Source: a virus
DNA: 64,000 nucleotides
Direction: 5' to 3' (one strand)
IMG/VR virus record: IMGVR_UViG_3300022602_004810
Span: 1-64,000 of that record
Made by a program: the position numbers and the translations under genes. The notes under the pieces were generated by a model. That model had not been told where the DNA came from, did no database searches, and saw nothing but the letters and a program-made list of their open reading frames with translations. The stretch's first letter is position 1. Every line of letters begins with the position of its first letter. This document shows, in pieces, positions 57,330-64,000 of the stretch.

Positions 57330-58072
57330 AGTCTAGCCTCTTTAAGTATCATTTTAACCCATTCAGTATCTGCTACATAGTCAACAAATTTACGTTGCCA
57401 ATAATCTGGATCTATCCACGGTAAGATCATAGCAATTTGTTCTTCAGTGAGAGACTCAAGAAACCCTACTCCTGAATCACAGTTAAATACAATCCAAGGA
57501 CTAATCCTACCATTAGTAATATGGTGGCAGATACGGTTACTACTACCATATCTAAAATAATCAACAAATCCGTTTTTAAATTCAGGATGTTCATCTGCAT
57601 AGTCCTGCATTTCTGTTAATGCTCGTTCCAATGCGTCCTGTACAGCTTCCTTCTTTAGGTAAGCATGTAGATATTCTAGATAAACTTGTTCATGAGTCCA
57701 ATGATCAAGTTTTTTGTTTTCTTTGATTACATAGTCAATAAACATACGTGGGTTAACAGCACGTATAGCAACCATATGGCGACCAAACTTAACAAAAGCA
57801 CTGTAGTAAGGACTATCTACAAAATCACCATAACTTTTAAGTTTAGCACTACCTTGTGTTAGTTCAAAGAAACGTAAGTATGCCTGTAGGGCAAACTGTA
57901 CACCTATTTCTTTTTCCTGTTGCCAACGTCGCTTGCTTTCACACAGATGCGCCGCAAGTGTTGATTCTTTGCGGAACTCTTTGGCACAATAACGACACTT
58001 AAAGCTCTGATTTGATGCGCTTGTCATCCCAGCCGAGTTTTCGTGCCATGTCTGTAAGATCTCGTTTATCAT
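57326..58072 (-). CDS. Conserved protein with N-terminal zinc finger (start uncertain)
   Basis: CRYC...F...L..HLC; GRISPW. Confidence 0.65.
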   Translation of the reverse strand: MINEILQTWHENSAGMTSASNQSFKCRYCAKEFRKESTLAAHLCESKRRWQQEKEIGVQFALQAYLRFFELTQGSAKLKSYGDFVDSPYYSAFVKFGRHMVAIRAVNPRMFIDYVIKENKKLDHWTHEQVYLEYLHAYLKKEAVQDALERALTEMQDYADEHPEFKNGFVDYFRYGSSNRICHHITNGRISPWIVFNCDSGVGFLESLTEEQIAMILPWIDPDYWQRKFVDYVADTEWVKMILKEARL

Positions 58073-58472
58073 TAATAGCCGCTAGTAGTTTGATTTCATC
58101 GTCTTTAAGTTCTGGATGTAGTGCTGTTAAAAATTTAACAGCCTTGTTGTTAGTTTCTTTCTTCTTGCTGCCTTGCCAATAGTGATGTTGTTTGCCCATA
58201 CCAGGACTAACTGAAGTACACATTAGCCATTGTAGTTTAGGATGTTTATTTAGATCAAAAAAGTACTTGTTTACATTTTCATTTGTTGCTAACAAATAAT
58301 AAGCCTGCAGGTCTGCATTACCTTGTACACTAGCACCATATCTCAGCATTAGATATGTACTAAACTGTTTGCGTTCTTCATCAGTGAATTTGTCATAATA
58401 GGCACGATCTTTGCGATCAAACGCTAACATTTCATTGCCAATATATAAGGGACTGTTAAAGTCTGTGGCCAT
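57999..58472 (-). CDS. Possible clamp-loader small subunit (T4 gp62-like)
   Basis: FSTYLMLRY, N..FF.L.KHPKLQW, L.P pattern; replication context. Confidence 0.5.
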   Translation of the reverse strand: MATDFNSPLYIGNEMLAFDRKDRAYYDKFTDEERKQFSTYLMLRYGASVQGNADLQAYYLLATNENVNKYFFDLNKHPKLQWLMCTSVSPGMGKQHHYWQGSKKKETNNKAVKFLTALHPELKDDEIKLLAAINDKRDLTDMARKLGWDDKRIKSEL

Positions 58473-58711
58473 TATCTACCTCTACGTAATACGCCAATGA
58501 TTTGTTCTACACTCTGTTGTATGTCACGATATTTACTTTTCATTAGAGAAACTTCCTCTGATAGAAATCTTACCTTTTCTTCAAGAGCCATAATCACATC
58601 TTTTTGCTCGCGGATAACCTTATCATGCGACATCAGGTTAGGTCTAGGAGGTGCATTTGGATCTACTGCACGTTTTTTCTTTTGTTTAAATTGTCTAGGA
58701 TCAAATGCCAT
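58472..58711 (-). CDS. Small coiled-coil protein
   Basis: Basic N-terminus, PPRPNL, coiled coil. Confidence 0.55.
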   Translation of the reverse strand: MAFDPRQFKQKKKRAVDPNAPPRPNLMSHDKVIREQKDVIMALEEKVRFLSEEVSLMKSKYRDIQQSVEQIIGVLRRGR

Positions 58712-58949
58712 CTTTATATTCCTTGCTTAACTTATATATCATTATAACATGATCTAGTGCTTCTTGTAAAGTGGAATTGGTCTCGGCGGCATTGCGTATT
58801 TCTCTCCACAGCAATTCTTCTTCTATACCTCTATTTAATTTGTAGTCTCGGCCAATTTCAAATCTATCAGTAGATCCTGCTTTACGAGCGTATATTACAT
58901 CATCAACTCGCTCATATATGTAGGTTGCGCCAGGTTCCAGTGTGCCCAT
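58701..58949 (-). CDS. Hypothetical protein
   Basis: LEPGATYIYER...YAR motif. Confidence 0.6.
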   Translation of the reverse strand: MGTLEPGATYIYERVDDVIYARKAGSTDRFEIGRDYKLNRGIEEELLWREIRNAAETNSTLQEALDHVIMIYKLSKEYKDGI

Positions 58950-59814
58950 ATATTTCTACCCATTTTTTGTATAATTTTTCTGCCCATAATCTATGACTTT
59001 GTACCCCGTAATGTGTATTATCTTCAGCAACGTCTACTACAGTACCCACATGGCTACAGAATTCGTTATATTGATGCAAATATTCTAAACATTTTAAATC
59101 ATAATCATTTTCGTAATTGCAGGTAAACGTAATTAAAAATTTACTACCGTTCTCTCGTAACCTATTTAAGGTTCTTAGCACAATTTGTTGAAAATTAAAA
59201 AATAAATTTTCTTCACTTAATAAAAAATTATATTTTGATTCTCTATCTATTAATCTATGTATCGCGTCTGATTTAATATTATTACTATTATCAGAATATC
59301 TAATTCTATACATATCAGTAAATTGAACAACCACAGTAGCACGCTCTAGATTATAACAATTCATCAAATCTTCAATATCATAATTACTTTTTCCTGGCAT
59401 ACCCAGATTTATATAGTCAGTATTTAATAATTTAGATAAAACGCTAGGATATACAGTTGATTTATCACTGTGGCCGTCACCATATGTATGACTACATCCA
59501 AAGTATAACATTTGAGATTCTTGTTTTCTATTGTTGTTAACCACCTCTGTTAAATTATGTTCTAATTCAGCTTGACGAATTCGAACTATATAATTATCAT
59601 GATCTTTTAAAAAAACAATTTCATCAAATTGCTCAAACAATGATTGTGTAAATGCAAAGCCTGCTTGTACCGGACAAATGGCATAACTTATTCCAGGTAA
59701 AATAGTCGAGCCTGGTCCGGCAATCCACCCTCCGAGATTAACCTTTTTTTGTCTAGCTACAGGTCGCGCATCTTCAAATCCGCTAATCATATTTACTACA
59801 AAAAGTATTACCAT
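58912..59814 (-). CDS. SGNH hydrolase-like protein
   Basis: FGCSHTYG, NLGMPGKSN, DNTHYG; AT-rich. Confidence 0.6.
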   Translation of the reverse strand: MVILFVVNMISGFEDARPVARQKKVNLGGWIAGPGSTILPGISYAICPVQAGFAFTQSLFEQFDEIVFLKDHDNYIVRIRQAELEHNLTEVVNNNRKQESQMLYFGCSHTYGDGHSDKSTVYPSVLSKLLNTDYINLGMPGKSNYDIEDLMNCYNLERATVVVQFTDMYRIRYSDNSNNIKSDAIHRLIDRESKYNFLLSEENLFFNFQQIVLRTLNRLRENGSKFLITFTCNYENDYDLKCLEYLHQYNEFCSHVGTVVDVAEDNTHYGVQSHRLWAEKLYKKWVEIYGHTGTWRNLHI

Positions 59815-60308
59815 ATTTTACCGTAGTCTACTACTTCGCTCTGGCGACTAATATCTTTAACAAAGTAAGCACATAGTGGACGCTCACCTTCCGCGATAGG
59901 CACCGCTAGCATCTGTCCAGGTTTAAGTTTAGGAAAATACCATTTAACATCTTGATAAATGTCAATAATTTCTACAGGATGAAATTCTGGTTTGAAACTT
60001 TCCAGTGGATTAAATGTATAAGCACTAAATCCTCGGTCGTTAATTGATGTTAGAGGGATAACTTCTAGGTCACCAAAGTCTGGTTCACCAATTAAGATCT
60101 GCCAATCTGCGGGCATCTTAACTATATTGCCGCCGATGCTTAAGACCAATGCCGGACTGTTAAAACTTTCTAAAAAGATCAAAGGAATAAAGAAATAATC
60201 TGGATTCTTTGGATCACTGTTGTCTAATATCGCAAAACGTAGATCCTCTACTTCATCGGGGATTTCGTTCATTTCATATGCGGTATTTTCTAAAGTTAAG
60301 ATGTACAT
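59808..60308 (-). CDS. Conserved hypothetical protein
   Basis: PLIFLESFNSPA, LTSINDRGF, VKWYFPK. Confidence 0.65.
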   Translation of the reverse strand: MYILTLENTAYEMNEIPDEVEDLRFAILDNSDPKNPDYFFIPLIFLESFNSPALVLSIGGNIVKMPADWQILIGEPDFGDLEVIPLTSINDRGFSAYTFNPLESFKPEFHPVEIIDIYQDVKWYFPKLKPGQMLAVPIAEGERPLCAYFVKDISRQSEVVDYGKIW

Positions 60309-60916
60309 TAATTTCCTTTATTTTGATTTTGTAGAATAATGCCTTGGCCAGGAATTATATCTAAAATTTTATATTGATTAGCCAATAAATAGGTCACAAT
60401 TGGGCCACCTTTACCAGTAAAAACATTATCTTCTCTCTGATATGTATCATCTAATACTACTATCCCATCTGAAGACATATAAGGCATTATTCCGATCATT
60501 TGTTTCATATGTTCTACTTGACAATCCATATTATTCATATTGATATTATATTTTCGCTTGTACCAATCAATTTGATTGTATATATGATCAATTTTTTCAC
60601 TTGGATTCCAATTCCAATCGTAGTTATCTAAATACACACATTTGATTTTTACTCCAAGGGTCGGCAAAACTTCTTTAACAAATTGACTTCCCATCATATG
60701 ATAAAATTCAATAGCACTAGATTCTATTTGTTTATACTGTTGATTAAACATAGTATCATCTATATCAACAGTTATTAATTTGGTTTTAAATTTTTCAGCG
60801 CGATAAAGGAAATATTCTGTTGATTTTTCTCCTTTGTCAGTGCCTATTTCTAATATTATTTCATTTTCAGAAACGTTTATTAAATGATTATCTAGTAAAT
60901 TAAAAGGTGATCCCAC
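60308..60916 (-). CDS. Class I SAM-dependent methyltransferase-like protein
   Basis: ILEIGT, TVDID, VYLD, IVVLDDT, GKG; AT-rich. Confidence 0.65.
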   Translation of the reverse strand: MGSPFNLLDNHLINVSENEIILEIGTDKGEKSTEYFLYRAEKFKTKLITVDIDDTMFNQQYKQIESSAIEFYHMMGSQFVKEVLPTLGVKIKCVYLDNYDWNWNPSEKIDHIYNQIDWYKRKYNINMNNMDCQVEHMKQMIGIMPYMSSDGIVVLDDTYQREDNVFTGKGGPIVTYLLANQYKILDIIPGQGIILQNQNKGN

Positions 60917-62374
60917 TTAGCGCCACTCCACTTTTTCTACCACAAACGGGTAATTTGCTTCTGTATAAAATTTCTTACGAGTTGTTATATGCCGTTTGGC
61001 AAACTTACAATTTGATGTTACGTCCCAGATCTGTACGAAGTCTTTGTCTTCCGCTTTACGAATGCCACGCCCGATACTTTGGATGACCCTGACAAACGAT
61101 TTGCCAGGCTCGATAAGCACAAGATTAAAAATACGAGGAATGTTAATACCAACAGCCGCAACGCCATAAGTGGCAATAGCAACCACGTCATCATTCGAAG
61201 CAAATTCATCATAACTTTCTTTGCGATCATCTGCTTTGGTTCCTCCGGATACAAACACTGCTCCTGGGATCTTTTCTAATAGGGCTTTACCCGGAGCAAT
61301 GCGATCAATTAAGATTAAGGTATTACCTGATTTACGTATGTTGTCAATTAAACTAGCAATGTAGTCTAGTCTAGCATCTGTTTCTAACAGATATCTTAGC
61401 TCACTTTGGTAGTCTTTGTATTCTACATGATCTATTAGCTGTAAGATATTTACATGACAATTGGCCAAGACACCTTGGTCTTGAAGTTCACTGGCACTTA
61501 GTTTACCAACTACAGGTCCTAGACTACACAGTAGACTAACCTGCTCATATGCTTCTTTTGGTATAGTTCCTGTTAGTCCCCAACGTATCGGCACTTGGCT
61601 CATTACACCTGTTAACAAGGTCTTTAGCGCATCTGCTTTAGCCATGTGTACTTCGTCAACCATAACACATACAACATCTTCTAAGAATTCCATGATAGTG
61701 ATGTCTGCTTCGCCACCTTTGGTATTCTTTAATAGAATGTTAAGACTTTGCCACGTACAGATAGTATGTGTACGACCAAACTCTTTGCGATCACCAAAGT
61801 ACACACCCACATCTAAGCCCAAATTGATGTAGTCTGCTTCTGTTTGTGTTACTAATGATTTGTTTGGAACAATAACAATAGTTCTGCCATACTGTTCACA
61901 GCAATAACTAAGACCTGCTGTCATCAGAGTCTTACCAGCACCTGTGGCAATCTCTTGGATACACTGTGGGTTTTCTAGGAACTTGTTGATAATTTCAATT
62001 TGATAGTCACGCAGGACCACAGGCTGTCCTGCCATTGGGTGTTTCTCTGGCCAAGTCTTATGAGCAAACGTCGCTTCACTGACCTGAGAAAACTCAAACT
62101 GTGTGCGATAATCTCTAACATCCTCTAATTCAAGATTATATCCTTGTTTTTCTAAGTAAGGAATAATCTCTGGTAGTAGATTAATATAAGTGCTACCACC
62201 CATTTGAAAGTATGCTACCTTGCCATCCCAACGGCCTAGGCGAACAGCAGGCAAGTAGCGAGCACCTGGGATTTCATATTTGAACTTATTACTAAGTTCT
62301 TTTCGTTCACGTAGATCAAGTCCTTCTATCTTTACGTTAACTTCATCTTTAATCAGTAATCTAGCTGTTGCCAT
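60917..62374 (-). CDS. uvsW: SF2 DNA helicase, UvsW-like
   Basis: LRDYQ, ATGAGKT, DEVH, GLTGT, QSIGRGIR; start MATARL. Confidence 0.85.
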   Translation of the reverse strand: MATARLLIKDEVNVKIEGLDLRERKELSNKFKYEIPGARYLPAVRLGRWDGKVAYFQMGGSTYINLLPEIIPYLEKQGYNLELEDVRDYRTQFEFSQVSEATFAHKTWPEKHPMAGQPVVLRDYQIEIINKFLENPQCIQEIATGAGKTLMTAGLSYCCEQYGRTIVIVPNKSLVTQTEADYINLGLDVGVYFGDRKEFGRTHTICTWQSLNILLKNTKGGEADITIMEFLEDVVCVMVDEVHMAKADALKTLLTGVMSQVPIRWGLTGTIPKEAYEQVSLLCSLGPVVGKLSASELQDQGVLANCHVNILQLIDHVEYKDYQSELRYLLETDARLDYIASLIDNIRKSGNTLILIDRIAPGKALLEKIPGAVFVSGGTKADDRKESYDEFASNDDVVAIATYGVAAVGINIPRIFNLVLIEPGKSFVRVIQSIGRGIRKAEDKDFVQIWDVTSNCKFAKRHITTRKKFYTEANYPFVVEKVEWR

Positions 62375-63507
62375 TAATTTTCTCTTATTATTGTCGCTGT
62401 CCAATAGACAATCTTTTCAGCGCGGTTCAACCAATCTAGTTTACGTCCACCAAACATCATGTTGTGTGTGCTGACTAGTAGTGGCACAGGAAATTCCCAA
62501 TTCTGCGGAAGTTTCTTAGCATATACTACTTTAACATTATATGGATCATAATCGCTAGTGTTAGTCTTGCCGTTTTGATCAAAGCGTACTATATCAGACT
62601 CACTGAACCGTGATAGATCTAAGTCATAGGTCAAGCCTGGATCATATATACAAATAGGATAACGATTAGTTAATTCGGCGTAGTCTAGCAACCAATCCCA
62701 CAGATTAGGTTCTGTGGGTGACAAGTGGGCAACATGCCTGGTACCCAAATATTCTAAAGACTGTCCATAATCATTACTAGCTTCATGTAGTATGTCAGCA
62801 TCTACACTATATCCTAAGATGCCTGCGTGATCAATTAGTTTAACAATGTCATTATTGCCAATGTGTTCGGCTATATATTCTTTAAGGCTGTCTGCGGCAT
62901 TAGTTACTTCATAGCCTAGATCGGTTTTGACCAATTTGATTTCATATGGTTGACTTTCACATACTAATATCTGCTCAAACAGGTCAATGATTTTGGAATC
63001 AATGTTAAATTCTCTACTATCGCCCCACGTGACAATAAAGTTAACATTATATTCACTGACGCCCAAAACCCAAACTTTAGTTTCGTTATCCCATTGACTA
63101 CGTCCTTGCCCTGTTTCTTTAAGCTGACGCATTTCCTCAATCCAAGTTTGATTATAAGGGAACTTAACTAGAATATTATCGCCTTCCAACCAAATGCGCC
63201 GTTCACGATCAATTTTACGTAGAGGTTTACGCCACTGTGGTGTTTCAACTGGGCTAACGTCTATGTCAAATTTGGCAAATTGACGTTTATATTTCAGTGC
63301 TAGTTTTATAGCCAACTCACCTTGACGGTCAGTAAGTGCTTCGACACCCCACAAGGTAGTATTGGCCATGCTTTCTACAATTTGAACATCGTATCGAGCC
63401 AAGCTGAACTTATACTTGCTGTTATTAAACAGTATGTTATTAGAATTAGCCGGATCGTAGCCAGCCAGTAGTTCTATATAGTCTTCGACGTATTGAAATT
63501 GTAACAT
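62374..63507 (-). CDS. Conserved hypothetical protein
   Basis: 377-aa ORF, TAATG-coupled to the helicase. Confidence 0.6.
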   Translation of the reverse strand: MLQFQYVEDYIELLAGYDPANSNNILFNNSKYKFSLARYDVQIVESMANTTLWGVEALTDRQGELAIKLALKYKRQFAKFDIDVSPVETPQWRKPLRKIDRERRIWLEGDNILVKFPYNQTWIEEMRQLKETGQGRSQWDNETKVWVLGVSEYNVNFIVTWGDSREFNIDSKIIDLFEQILVCESQPYEIKLVKTDLGYEVTNAADSLKEYIAEHIGNNDIVKLIDHAGILGYSVDADILHEASNDYGQSLEYLGTRHVAHLSPTEPNLWDWLLDYAELTNRYPICIYDPGLTYDLDLSRFSESDIVRFDQNGKTNTSDYDPYNVKVVYAKKLPQNWEFPVPLLVSTHNMMFGGRKLDWLNRAEKIVYWTATIIREN

Positions 63508-63513
63508 ATAATT

Positions 63514-63542
63514 AGTATATGATATTTAATCCTGAATAGCAA
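63514..63542 (-). promoter_or_regulatory. Sigma70-like promoter
   Basis: TTGCTA-17-TATACT; ATG 6 nt downstream. Confidence 0.55.
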
Positions 63543-63545
63543 GAG

Positions 63546-63577
63546 AAAAAGAAGCCCAAATGTTTCCACTTGGGCTT
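63546..63577 (-). terminator. Intrinsic terminator
   Basis: AAGCCCAAGTG-GAAA-CATTTGGGCTT followed by CTTTTT; the GNRA loop and G-U pair indicate the minus strand. Confidence 0.85.
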
Positions 63578-63582
63578 TAAGG

Positions 63583-63620
63583 CTATCACACTAGGAGCTA
63601 GACAATAGAAAGTGTGATAG
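63583..63620 (-). ncRNA. Candidate 3'-UTR RNA hairpin with anti-SD loop
   Basis: Perfect 10-bp stem CUAUCACACU/AGUGUGAUAG; 18-nt loop containing UGUCUAGCUCCU. Confidence 0.5.
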
Positions 63621-63625
63621 AATGA

Positions 63626-63826
63626 CTATTTAAGTTGATCTTTTTGATCTAACAGTTGATTAATTTCTTCAATACCTTCATCGAACTTGGTACTGCGTTC
63701 GTTTATTGCAGATTCAATGTCACCCAATGATTTCTTTAGTGCCCTTAAGGCTAGTAAAGCAATAGCAATTACCGGTACAATGCCTATGACCATAACTGCG
63801 GCCATTACAATTAGTGTTTCTGTCAT
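63626..63826 (-). CDS. Small membrane protein
   Basis: N-terminal TM helix followed by a coiled coil; TAATG overlap. Confidence 0.6.
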   Translation of the reverse strand: MTETLIVMAAVMVIGIVPVIAIALLALRALKKSLGDIESAINERSTKFDEGIEEINQLLDQKDQLK

Positions 63827-64000
63827 TAGTCTAATCCTTCAATACGACCTTGCTTGTCAATACCAATACGTTCAGCGTTTGGTGTTTCTGGTAGGCCTGG
63901 CATGGTCATGATGTTGCCACATACTGCTACAATAAATTCAGCACCTGTACATAATCTTAATTCACGCACTGTTAGCACATGACGTTCTGTTGCGGCTAGT
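63826..64000 (-). CDS. fhs: Formate-tetrahydrofolate ligase, 3' end (partial)
   Basis: Manual translation [49 protein letters not shown] matches the FTHFS C-terminal signature IMTMPGLP. Confidence 0.85.
   Translation of the reverse strand, partial: LAATERHVLTVRELRLCTGAEFIVAVCGNIMTMPGLPETPNAERIGIDKQGRIEGLD

Noticed and set aside
1511-63911. Numerous antisense or nested ORFs in the track (e.g. 3020..3418, 3814..4278, 10970..11308, 26906..27352, 51372..51719, 12764..12979)
   Set aside because: They lie inside well-supported genes, lack SDs and motifs, and are expected shadows of codon bias.
1-64000. Stop-codon reassignment (suggested by many short ORFs)
   Set aside because: Known genes are full length in code 11, and TAA, TAG and TGA all occur at tight gene junctions followed by new starts.
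1-64000. Bacterial chromosome or host contamination (dnaK, rpsU, iscU, fhs)
   Set aside because: Host-like genes lack their usual operon partners and are interleaved and overlapped with T4-like replication and virion genes.
1-64000. tRNA or rRNA genes
   Set aside because: No cloverleaf or T-loop signature seen in the short intergenic gaps; a tRNAscan run would be needed to exclude them formally.

Overview
This window is a gene-dense fragment of a large T4-like (jumbo-type) bacteriophage genome, mostly on the minus strand and in the standard genetic code. The host is probably a betaproteobacterium, inferred from the DnaK, IscU and ErpA sequence signatures. Contents: (1) a curli-like secretion operon (csgF, csgG, two curlin-repeat proteins, a FecR-domain protein); (2) host-like auxiliary genes (dnaK, hsp20, clpS, ribosomal protein bS21, iscU, erpA, fatty-acid desaturase, and the 3' end of formate-tetrahydrofolate ligase, which the ORF track misses); (3) replication and nucleotide genes (nrdA, nrdB, glutaredoxin, primase, DnaB-like helicase, UvsW-like helicase, exonucleases, a 190-aa miniature DnaE-like protein); (4) virion genes (two large fibre proteins, lectin-like modules, probable head-internal proteins); (5) scattered AT-rich modification enzymes, including three radical SAM proteins. 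The most unusual signals concern translation control. Two 3'-UTR hairpins display an anti-Shine-Dalgarno loop complementary to the ribosome-binding sites of late genes, one pairing 15 nt with the csgF site. A plus-strand array of about 14 small paralogues has a conserved C-terminal L-R-W motif whose codons double as the Shine-Dalgarno site of the next gene. There are also many apparently leaderless genes, a ROSE-like thermometer and a short upstream ORF before dnaK, and five periodic GGCA repeats in the leader of a holin-like gene. All functional calls come from motif recognition by eye; no searches were run.
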